This document shows positions 52,914 to 64,000 of a stretch of DNA of 64,000 nucleotides, piece by piece. Position 1 is the first letter of the stretch. Each line of letters starts with the position of its first letter. A program made the translations under genes and the position numbers. The DNA comes from Octopus sinensis (Eukaryota): contig NC_043021.1 in NCBI RefSeq assembly GCF_006345805.1, positions 19,034,001-19,098,000 on the forward strand. The letters are read 5' to 3'. Under the pieces are notes generated by a model. That model had not been told where the DNA came from, searched no databases, and saw only the letters and a program-made list of their open reading frames with translations.

Positions 52914-54005
52914 CAATAAGAAAATGGAGAGGGTCAGAGGTGGTATTCATCAACTTTTAGACATTATATTGTCTTTTTTTTTAAAAAAAACAATTATAAC
53001 AATATACATACATGTATAACATATTATGCTTTACATATTGGTGTCGGCATCCTTTTGCCTCAGGAGACAATGGAGTTGCGCATAAACTAATCCAGTCTGG
53101 TTTTTACATTTCATGTCCTCTCCAGTTTTGCGCAGGTCTGGGCTAGATGTAAGAAAATCCTGGGTAGCCCAATCGTCAGGATTCCTCTCTCGACCTTGCT
53201 GACGTAGTCCAAAAGTTTGGCACCAGCTTGGTTGCAGGAGCTGCCGGAAGAGTGTCGACTCGAACACTAAACCGCCTACGGGACTCCACTTCGGATTTCT
53301 TTGAAGGTTGTCTCCTTTCCGTAACCCTGGATAGGGGCCCATACCTGGTACTGTCAGCCGGAGCCAGCTGAGCCCGGGAGTCATGTCAGGCAGGGTCGTC
53401 ACTCCCTGAAGTAGTAAGAAAATCGCTACCCACTACATATTTTAATCGTCTGATAAAACTTTTTTAGTCGGTAGATATTTATTTTATTTTTATTTTTACC
53501 TTTACTTATTTTATATTTGTCTATCAGGCTTTTTAGTAGTTTTTAAATTTTTACCTTCTGTGATTTTATGTGTATGCTGTGACAATAGCTTAGGGTCCCT
53601 CAAACCCTAATACCAACCAAGAGTATTTCTGTGTCCCCACACTTTGATGGATTGTCCTCACCTATGCTAGTTAACTCCGGATCAGAATAGACCTGGGAAC
53701 AATAGTGGTTAAGAGTGGGGGTTCCTTGCTCCTCAAAACCCTGGAACTCCCGAATGAGAGCGACATTACCGAATGCAGTTTAAAGCCATACCCATGACAA
53801 ATATAGATCGTTGCTATTAAGCAAAAGTGTCGTAAATGCAAAACATTGCTTTCTCAGAAAATGAAAAAAATAGTGCCACCATTCGATTTCTTTTTACATT
53901 AGCAACAGTTTCAGTTTAACAATAATACTTTGTTCGGCGTGTAAGGACCGTGCGATGCGAGGTGACGAGAATAGCTCTTTAGTACATCACGCGGGCGATA
54001 CAAAT

Positions 54006-54023
54006 TGGTGACCCCGACGTGAT
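54006..54023 (+). other. tRNA-Trp primer-binding site (LTR element remnant)
   Basis: TGGTGACCCCGACGTGAT is the complement of the mature tRNA-Trp 3' end including CCA; CA at 54001-54002 lies 3 nt upstream. Confidence 0.6.
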
Positions 54024-54404
54024 CTGAGTTATACACGGCAGTTGGCGCAATCGAGTAAGAGACAAATTGCGCCAATACCAACCAATCAGAGTAGGGGACA
54101 CAACGGGGTCCAAATAGTGGCCAAAGGCTAGCTGTTACCTACTACGTTCGAATGCACGTATATATAATAATGGGAGAGAGGAATTTCACCCGCGTCTACG
54201 CTACAGGTGCATAAGATCGTAACTCCATGCATGTATGATATTTTCAGTCAGAAATATTTCTGCAAAACTGTCGTATGTGGGACTTAATACACTTTTGAAA
54301 AATGCTAAACCGTTGTACTTACACTTTGGCGGTTTTCATCTGAAGCCGCTGGAGATACGATGATAGTTTGACCAAAAGAACCGGCTATTGCAAACAAAAT
54401 TAAA

Positions 54405-54770
54405 TATTGGGAGAAACGCATCTAACACCTGTGGACATATCTACAAAGTCAGAAAACAGCACAGCTCCCATGACTTCAGGAAACATTTTTTCACGCTGAG
54501 AGTTGCTGAAGCATGGAACAAACTGCCGGCATCAGTTGTTAGTTGTCGGAGCACTGCATCCTTCAAAACTTCCATGCTTTCTGAGATTCGCCAACACTAC
54601 ACCTGATTTTCTCCCCTCCATACACACACAGGCATGTATCTGACTCATACATTGTTCGCTTTCCAGACATTTTTACATTACTGCATGTACTTTATATGCA
54701 CTTTCTGACAAGTTGTGGTGCACCTGAGCACTGTATACAATAATTTCATTATTATATTATTATTATATAA
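54405..54770 (+). mobile_element. CR1-type LINE 3' end
   Basis: NTCGHIYKVRKQHSSHDFRKHFFTLRVAEAWNKLPASVVSC..SFK*; ATT-rich tail. Confidence 0.85.
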
Positions 54771-55730
54771 TAGCAACGAGATACATATGTGCACACCCAT
54801 ACTCAAACACACACATAAACACAAACACATATACACATCCACACATAAGTGCACACGCAAACACACAAATACACACGCATCCACATACACACATACATAC
54901 AAACACAAACAACCACACATACACACACACACGCACACACACATGCAGTGAATACTACTCTCGGTAGTTCAAGTCCTGCTAAAACCGACTTGCCTTTCAT
55001 TTTAAATGAACCAGTTGAGTCAAGTCCTAAATGAGGAATCGATATTAATGGCTTTGCTTTCCAGTTTCCAATAAATCATTATTACTTTGATATTTCGGCC
55101 AAGGGAGTCTCTACAGGGCAACTCTACAGGCTAAAAAAATAGGCGCAGGAGTGGCTGTGTGGTAAGTAGCTTGCTTACCAGCCACATGGTTCCGGGTTCA
55201 GTCCCACTGCGTGGCATCTTGGGCAAGTGTCTTCTACTATAGCCTCAGGCCGACCAATGCCTTATGAGTGGATTTGGTAGACGGAAACTGAAAAAAGCCC
55301 GTCGTATATATGTATATATGTGTATGTGTGTGTGTTTGTGTGTCTGTGTTTGTCCCCCTAGCATTGCTTGACAACCGATGCTGGTGTGTTTACATCCCCG
55401 TCACTTAGCGGTTCGGCAAAAGAGACCGATAGAGTAAGTACTAGGCTTACAAAGAATGAGTCCCGGGGTCGATTTGCTCGACAAAAGGCGGTGCTCCAGC
55501 ATGGTAGCAGTCAAATGACTGAAACAAGTAAAAGAGAGTAAAAGAGAGTTGTCAAGTCGCATTCTGTTGTCTTAAGAAGTTTAAACAACACATTGGATAA
55601 CGAAATCTTCAATGTCCTTAAAAATACAGGAAGGTCATGGCTAGAATGTCTTTGACCGAAAATCTGATGGATCGGGGGTGATCAGGAATTAAGCAACACG
55701 AAAAAAGTCATAGCTAGTATTGATCACTGC

Positions 55731-55914
55731 CAATGCCGTCATAAGGCGTGGGCACACGGAACAGTTGTCTCCGGGGCCTCACGGATCCAGGGGTCCGATT
55801 CTAATCTGTGTATGCTGTGGCTTGCCGCCAGTAAAAAATACTGTAGGTCCCGGCCCGTTGCAGTGATTGCACCCCCGGGTGGGGTGGGGGGCTACAATAT
55901 TGTTTAGACTGCCC
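55731..55914. mobile_element. GC-rich hAT-like MITE (degenerate)
   Basis: CAATGCCGTCATAA / TTTAGACTGCCCTG imperfect termini. Confidence 0.4.
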
Positions 55915-56203
55915 TGCGTCATTTGCTCAGCATGAGAAATCCATCTCCCCGTTGTCATCGTCGTCGCCATCCTCCTCCTCTTTCTCATCATCATCATCAT
56001 CATCGTTATCGTCGACGTCGTCATCATCATCACCGTCGTCATCATCATCATCATCAATATATGATGGCCATTAGTCGGTGTTGTGAAGCGAGTGACATGG
56101 AAGGAAGATTCGTGCTTAACCTATATATGTTGTTTATGTTGGAGACCTCCATGCATTGGGTTGCCGAGGTTTGGGGGGTTTGGAGGGGGGACAATAATGT
56201 TGT

Positions 56204-56265
<62 letters not shown>

Positions 56266-56270
56266 TGAAC

Positions 56271-56330
56271 CTGACGAGTCGTCCATGAAGCTTAACGCTT
56301 TATGGATGCGAAGCCATTGGTCACTTTAGG
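56271..56330 (+). ncRNA. Degenerate hammerhead (family E; helix I 5' strand lost)
   Basis: CUGACGA-GU-CGUCCAUGAAGC(UUAAC)GCUUUAUGGAUG-C-GAAG-CCA(U)UGG-UC-ACUUUA. Confidence 0.55.
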
Positions 56331-56371
56331 ACTGGACATATATTTAGCTGCATGTAGATGACAACCACCGC

Positions 56372-56409
<38 letters not shown>

Positions 56410-56449
56410 ACATCATCATAACCATCATCATCATCATCATCATCATAAC

Positions 56450-56500
<51 letters not shown>

Positions 56501-57394
56501 AACCATCATCATCATCATAATCATCATAATCATCATCATCATCATCATACTCTTTTGTTTCTTTCAGTCATTTAACTGCGGCCGTGCTGGAGCACTGCCT
56601 TCAGTCGAACAAATCGACCCCACAACTTATTCTGTGTAAGCCTAGTACTTATTCTGTCGGTCGCTTTTGCTGAACTGGTAAGTTACGGCGACGTAAACAC
56701 ACCAACGTCGGTTGTCAAGCGGTGATGGTGGGAGCAAACACAGACACACAAATACATATATACATATATATATATATGTGTGTGTGTGTAAGAAAGTTTT
56801 CTGTATGTACATGGAAACTTTCCTGTACATACCTGTGTATGTATGTGTGTGTGTTTGTGTGTGTGTGTATGCACAACGGGCTTCTTTCAGTTTCCGTCTA
56901 CCAAATCCACTGACAAGGCTTTGGTCGGCCCGAGGCAATAGTAGAAGACACTTGCCCCAGGTGCCACGCTGTGGGACTGATTGGGAAGCAAACTTCTTAC
57001 CGTCCCACGTGCGCCTTCATTATTCATTCATTCGTTCATTCTTTCATTCCTGACTCAGTCTACCTAACAACATCATTCACTTTTTAATTTGATAAATATT
57101 TGACTGCTATTTCTAGCTGGTCGAGTGACCACGCACAAACTCCCTGTTGTAAGCCACTTGCTATTTTTTATTTATATTCAGCTGGGTTGGCGTCAGTGGA
57201 AGGGTCAGCTGCCGTGTTTTACTTGTATGTCCAGGTGAAATGAAGGGATTTGCTGTGAATTGAGGTCGGTCCGGGTTATCATAGAACCCCCTCAGATAAT
57301 CTGGTCACCAAAAGCTCCCCTTTTATTCCCTTTATCTCTTTCTCGCTTTCTTTCTCTCTACTTCCCTTCTTTTTTCTTCCTCGTCTGTTTCCCC

Positions 57395-57945
57395 CCCCCA
57401 CCAACCATCCATCACCACAAGTCGCCGTCACCTCAACCACCATCATCACTGCCACCACCACCACCACCACCACCACCACCAACGTCACCGTCACCATCAA
57501 AGCCATCATCACCATCACCACCACCGTTCATCACCGCCACCACCACCACCACCACCACCAACGTCACCGTCACCGTCACCATCAAAGCCATCACCGCCAC
57601 CACCACCACCAACATCACCATCACTATCACCACCATTCATCACCACCACCGCCAATACCACTAACACCGCCATCATCACCACCATCACCACCATTCATCA
57701 CCGCCACCACCACCACCACCACCACCAACCAACCATCACCACAAGTCGCCGTCACCTCAACCACCATCATCACCACCACCACCACCACCAACATCACCGT
57801 CACCATCAAAGCCACCATCACCATCATTCATCACCGCCACCGCCAATACCACTAACACCGCCATCATCAACACCATTCCCACTACCACCACCGCCGTCCG
57901 TCATAACCACCACCATCCACACTACCACCACCACCACCACAAGGT
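57395..57945. repeat. Compound (ACC)/(ATC) repeat with higher-order units
   Basis: CCATCACCACAAGTCGCCGTCACCTCAACC occurs twice; (ATC)n tracts also at 55985-56060, 56365-56548, 58140-58510. Confidence 0.9.
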
Positions 57946-58148
57946 AAACTACCGACTGAACCTACTTTTTTTCTCTGACGTTCATTAAACAATAACTTGA
58001 TTAGCTTTTTTTCTTTTTACGTTTTTTTTTTCATTGTTCTTTTTTTATTTTGATAATGACACTGACCTTATTTCAGTTTTTCTTTCTGACAGATGTTACC
58101 TTATGTCAATATATGACCATCACGACAACCACCGCCGCCGCCATTACC

Positions 58149-58207
<59 letters not shown>

Positions 58208-58344
58208 TATCATCATACCCATCATCTGCTGGAACTGTTCCTATCAGAACACTATCACTCTTTTCCCTGGTCACCATTACCATGGACACCACCACCAAAC
58301 TATCCACAACGATTGGTATCATCATCATCGTCGTCGTCGTCGCC

Positions 58345-58385
<41 letters not shown>

Positions 58386-58780
58386 GTCGCCTTCATCATC
58401 ATCATCATCATTGTCGCCTTCATCATCATCATCATCGTCGCCTTCATCATCATCATCATCGTCGCCTTCATCATCATCATCATCATCGTCATCATCGCCT
58501 TCATCATTATCACGTCTGCACCTATTCTTCTGTTTTTTTCTTTTTGTCATCCTTCCTTTTAGTTCTACATCTCTTCATCTCATATCCAGATGCGCACACA
58601 CGCGCCTTCTTCAGTTCCACTACCGTAACAGAATGCTATACCAACCAAAGTTCCCATAACGATATAAATACAGGGGTCTCTTTCTGTCAGAAATGCAAAT
58701 CAAGACATTCGCAACAACCATAGCAAAAATTTGTATCAATCAATTTAATAGATATTTGCTTCCATCGCTGCCGCCACCCA

Positions 58781-58851
<71 letters not shown>

Positions 58852-58984
58852 ATTGTTTATTTAATGTTTAGAAATATTATGAATGTAAACATAGGTACCT
58901 TGTGCAAGTGTCTACTAATACAGCCCCGAGCCGGCTAAAGCTTTGTGAGTCGATTTGGTAAACGGAAACTGAAAGAAGCTTGTT

Positions 58985-59016
<32 letters not shown>

Positions 59017-59044
59017 GTGTATGTGTGTGTATGTGTGTATGTAT

Positions 59045-59092
<48 letters not shown>

Positions 59093-59358
59093 AGGGAATA
59101 TTAATCCTAACTTACAGGGAAAAACTTCAATTTAGAAATACTAAATCAAATTTCACACAATATAATATATATATAAAAAATTAGAAAAAAGCCCACCTTT
59201 TATCAATTCAAAATGAACAATTAAATTACACCATCTAGAAAACTACATATAATAGAAATATTAATATTAAAATAACAATAAAATACCAATGATTAAGTAA
59301 ATTGCAAAGAAATAATAAAAACGTATATAATTGGTAGAATAACAATTATATACGTTTT

Positions 59359-60646
59359 TCTCCTTACACAGTATAGCATAAAATATTTATTATAATGTGA
59401 TAATTATTTAACTATAAAAATATTTAAAATTTGTCAAGCACAGAATTAATTAAAAGCATTAATTTATATTTGTGAATCAGTGTTTGTTTAGTCAGATATT
59501 TTGTATAATATTGAATGTCAATTGTGAGTCTGTTAACTCTGGTTTCTCCTCACCCCGAGCGGATAAATCTTTCGCCTTTTACTAAAGATTTCCGTGGGGA
59601 GGAACATTTTAATGAGTCTATAGACTTATTTTTGAAAGCCTCATCTAACCATGAGGCGATAATTAAATTAACATCAGATTAATTAATATTGGGTCAATTA
59701 CGACCTCCTAACCATCATTTTACCTCGGGTTCAGTCGCTCAGCGTGTATTCTATAGTAACCCCAGGCTGATCAAAGCTGTATGTCCTTGTCCCACCACTA
59801 CTTAACAACCAATGTTGGTTTGTTTACACCCCGTAACTTAGCGGTTCGGCCAAGGAACTGACATACTTATTTTGAAAGCCTCATCTAACCATGAGGCTAT
59901 AATTAAATTAATATCAGATCTCCTAAAACGAACTGTCATCAATTATGGAAGAGGTTGCAAGTAACGAAAATTAATTGGTAGAATAACAATTATATACGTT
60001 CTTATTATTTTTTTGCAATTTACTTAATCATTGGTATTTTATTGTTATCTTAATATTTCTATTATATATAATTTTCTAGATAGTGTAATTTAATTGTTCA
60101 TTTTGAATTGATAAAATGTGTTTTTTTTCTAATTTTATATATATATATATGTGTCTGTGTGCTAAGCCACTGATTTTATTATAAACAATAATATCCTCAT
60201 ATAGATCTGTGTGGTAAGTAGCTTGCTTACCAACCACATGGTTCCGGGTTCAGTCCCACTGCGTGGCATCTTGAGCAAGTGTCTTCTACTATAGCCTCGG
60301 GCCAACCAAAGCCTTGTGAGTGGATTTGGTAGACGGAAACTGAAAGAAGCCCGTCGTATATATGTATGTATATATATATGTGTGTGTGTCTGTCTTTGTC
60401 GCCCTAGCATTGCTTGACAACCGATGCTGGTGTGTTTACGTCCCCGTAACTTAGCGGTTCGTCAAAAGAGACCGACAGAATAAGTACTGGGCTTACAAAA
60501 AGAATAAGTCCCAGGGTCGAGTTGCTCGATTAAAGGTGGTGCTCCAGCATGGCCGCAGTCAAATGACTGAAACAAGTAAAAGAGTATATATGTGTGTGTG
60601 TGCTAAGCCACTGATTTTATTATAAACAATAATATCCTCATATAGA

Positions 60647-60689
<43 letters not shown>

Positions 60690-60732
60690 CTATATGAGGA
60701 TATTATTGTTTATAATAAAATCAGTGGCTTAG

Positions 60733-60777
<45 letters not shown>

Positions 60778-61691
60778 CACACACACACACACATATATAT
60801 ATATCGTATATCCGAAAAAGCACAGAGCAGTAATGTAATTATATGTAGTTACGTCTGTATCTGGTCATAGAGTGACCAATGGTTTCACATCCATAAAGAC
60901 CCCATGAACGGCTCGTCAGACTCTAAAGCCGAAGACAAATGGGAGGCGGGAATCTGTTACGGTCAGGTAGATATGGCCGGTCTATGAGATTCACCCCCCC
61001 CCCCAACCGGCAACTGCACTTCTGTTTTCATGTCTTATTAGAACACCTTCGGTTTCCACTAATTTACCCTTAATTTTTGTTACCTGCAACCTCTTCCATA
61101 ATTGATGACAGGTCGTTTTAGGAGGGAGATCTGATATTAATTTAATTATTGCCTCATGGTTAGATGAGGCTTTCAAAATAAGTCTATCGGTTCCTTGGCC
61201 GAACTACTACGTTACGGGGTGTAAACAAACCAACATTGGTTGTAAAGTAGTGGTGGGACAGCACATGCAGCTTTGATCAGCCTGGGGTCGTCACAATAGA
61301 TGACACGCTGTGCGACTGAACCCGAGCTAAAATGATGGTTAGGAGGTTGCAATTAACCCAATATTAATTAGTCTGATATTAATTTAATTATCGCCTCATG
61401 GTTAGATGAGGCTTTCAAAAATAAGTCTATAGACTCATTAAAATGTTCCTCCCCACGGAAATCTTTAGTAAAAGGCGAAAGATTTATCCGCTTTGGGTGA
61501 GGAGAAACCAGAGTTAACTGACATAGATTTTGACTTTCAATATCATACAAAATGTCTGAATAGCTAACACTGATTCACAAATATAAATTAATGCTTTTAA
61601 TTAATTCTGTGCTTGACAAATTTTAAATCCTTTTATATTTAAATAATTATCACATTATAATAAATATTTTATACTATATCTTGTAAGGAGA
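59359..61691. repeat. ~615-bp inverted repeat pair (59359-59973 / 61071-61691)
   Basis: TCTCCTTACA..GTAACGAAAATTA is mirrored at TAATTTTTGTTAC..TGTAAGGAGA. Confidence 0.9.
60868..60925 (-). ncRNA. Type-I hammerhead, canonical core, GUC site (family E)
   Basis: Minus: UAGAGU-CUGACGA-GC-CGUUCAU(GGGGUCUUU)AUGGAUG-U-GAAA-CCA(U)UGG-UC-ACUCUA; perfect 6-bp helix I. Confidence 0.85.
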
Positions 61692-62856
61692 TATTTAGAT
61701 TTTAATTAAATAAAACTAAATATATTTATATCTATCAGTGATGTTTATAATCAACCTTCACCTTGACCGCTGCTGATTTTCCTCCCTTCTAAAACCACAT
61801 ATCTTTAAGTAGAGGCGCAATGGCTTAACGTTTAGGGAAGCGGACACGCGGTAGTACGATCGCGGTTTCGATTCCCAGACCGGATATTGTGTTTAGTGAT
61901 CGAAAACAGCTAGAGACTCCGGCAGGTGGTGGGGGGTGAACCCTGCTGTACTCTTTCACCACAACTTTCTCTCACTCTTTCTTCCTGTTTCTGTTGTACT
62001 TGTATTTCAAAGGGGCCGGCCTTGTCACACTCTGTATCACGCTGAATCTCCTCGAGGACTACGCTAAGGGTTACACGTGCCCGTGGAGTGCACGTTAACT
62101 TCACGAGCAGGCTGTTCCGTTGATTGGATCGACTGGAACCCTCGTCGTCGTAACCGACGGACTGTCACGAAGCTTTCTGTAAACAAAAGGAACGAATTCA
62201 TAAGTGTGTAAGACTGTATGTGGTCGCTCCACATGCTAGAAATAGCAGCCAAATTTCCCTCAACTTGTACAGGCACATTTATTTGTGTGTGTATTAACCC
62301 CCGACCCATAACCGTTTGACAACCGGTGTCGGTGTGTTTACGTCCCTGAAACGTAGCGGTTCGGCAAAACAGACCGATAGAATAAGTACTAGGCTTTAAG
62401 AAGTCCCGGGGTTGATTTGTTCGACAAAAAAACCTTCGAGGTGGTGCTCCAGCATGGCCGCAATCAAATGAAATAATAAAAGAATAACAGAATAAGTACT
62501 AGTCTTAATAATTAAACACTGAGGTCGATTTGCTCGTTAAAGCATTGAAGGCAGCGCTCCAGCATGGCCGCTGTCTAACGACGGAAACTACTATCAGGTA
62601 AAAGATATGGAACCCTGTTGCTAATAGCTTCCATTGTAGTTGTGATAATGGATTTGGTGAACAATAGCGTCGTTGGTTACTGAGGGAGATAATCATTGTA
62701 TTGTGTATTGTGGCGATAACCACATGGAACGGTGATGTAAATCGAAGGGGACGGATCAAACATTAAAAGGGTATTTTGTGTTTCGAAGCACCGTTTTATC
62801 GCGGGTATTTTTTAATCTTTCGCCGAAAAACCATCAAACAGCCAGTACTGCTTGAA

Positions 62857-63026
62857 AACAGTGGTCCCGGTGCGCGCACTCGCTTAGTTGCGCATCCGCG
62901 CTAGCTAGTCGTGACTAGTCGATCCTACAACGACTACCTAGCAAAGTAAATAAAACACAAAGTAAGAGTCGACTAGTCATGACAAGCTGACGGAGATGCG
63001 CGAGTGCGCTCACCGGGACCACTGTT
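62857..63026. repeat. GC/CpG-rich inverted repeat (MITE-like)
   Basis: AACAGTGGTCCCGGTGCGCGCACTCGC..GACTAGTCGA / TCGACTAGTC..GCGAGTGCGCTCACCGGGACCACTGTT. Confidence 0.8.
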
Positions 63027-64000
63027 CTCTAGTAGTACCCAAACAGCCAGATATGCACACACACATACATATATATACGTGTGTATATGTATGTTTGTGT
63101 GTGTGTGTAAGAGAACCGACAAAGTATGTACCTAACCTGAAACCTACTTATTACGCGGATGCGCGTAATAAGCCTTCGCTAAGAGTTTTTCACGAACCGA
63201 ATAACACTCCTTTTATGAATATAATCGAAGACCACACACTTCGATCAAACCTAGGACTAACTATACGGTTGCAAAGCGAACTTAATTCCACAGTCATTGC
63301 CTGGCCGCAGTTGTTGTTTAGCTCTGATCGAGCAGATCTTTTTTAAAAAGACTCCGCCGGTTACGACGACGAGGGTCCCAGCTGATACGATCAACGGAAC
63401 AGCTTGCTCGTGAAATTAACGTGCAAATGGCTGAGCATTCCACAGACACGTGTACCCTTAACGTAGTTCTCGGGGATAATCAGCGTGACACAGAGAGTGA
63501 CAAGGCTGACCCTTTGAAATACAAGTACAACTCATTTTTGCCAGCTGAGTGGACTGGAGCAACGTGAAATAAAGTGTCTTGCTCAAGGACACAACGCGTC
63601 GCCGGGAATCGAACTCACAACCTTACGATCATGAGCCGAATGCCCTAACCACTAAGCCACGCACCCTCACCGAGCAGATCTAATGACGAAAGGCATCGTA
63701 TAAATTTGTGTATCAGCAACCACAATAATTTTAGAAGAGTGCGCTTTCACTGCTATTTCTAGCGATTAGAGTGACCTCATAAACGCCCTTATAGTCAGAC
63801 ACCGATCACACTAGGTTTGCGATCTTCCTCCGAAGATACAGTGTGGATTCGTTCAACAGTCTCAAAGTACTATCGATATTTATTATAGCCATAACATTAT
63901 GAGTTCGAATCCTGTCAGTAGAACTCGGTAAAATAAATACCACCCGAGGACGAAGAAGAACCGATTTAATCAGTTCTGTCTGATGATATACCTCATCTTA

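Noticed and set aside
58034-58723. 229-aa poly-His ORF and mirror poly-Asp/Met ORFs
   Set aside because: (ATC)n trinucleotide repeat; no splice or domain support.
59624-59679. GAAA-GCCTCAT(CTAACC)ATGAGGC motif resembling half a hammerhead
   Set aside because: No CUGANGA partner in a compatible position on either strand.
18589-64000. A second host gene downstream of PKC
   Set aside because: No convincing non-TE exons found by eye; small exons of a long-intron gene cannot be excluded.

Overview
AT-rich, repeat-dense eukaryotic DNA, most likely Octopus (inferred from the SINE families and the massive (AT/AC/ATC)n load; 100-N gap at 21511-21610). The only host gene found is the 3' part of a novel protein kinase C (PKC-epsilon-like, + strand): six coding exons at 1-75, 5370-5524, 6798-6936, 14034-14222, 17174-17323 and 18367-18588, all introns GT-AG, reading through in frame. 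The rest is a mosaic of tRNA-derived SINEs, RTE/CR1 LINE ends, mariner and DD41D Tc1/mariner relics, Helitrons, MITEs and fold-backs. The most interesting hidden layer is about 10 intact or degenerate Penelope-type minimal type-I hammerhead ribozyme motifs in about five families. One family is a tRNA-headed SINE carrying a hammerhead (3 copies, two head-to-head in a PKC intron). Also notable: RTE 3' ends with a tandemly amplified 50-codon module, a possible composite Helitron that splits a SINE, and a 1.65-kb fold-back enclosing a gag-like zinc knuckle. All folds and alignments were done by eye; family names come from recalled motifs, not database searches.
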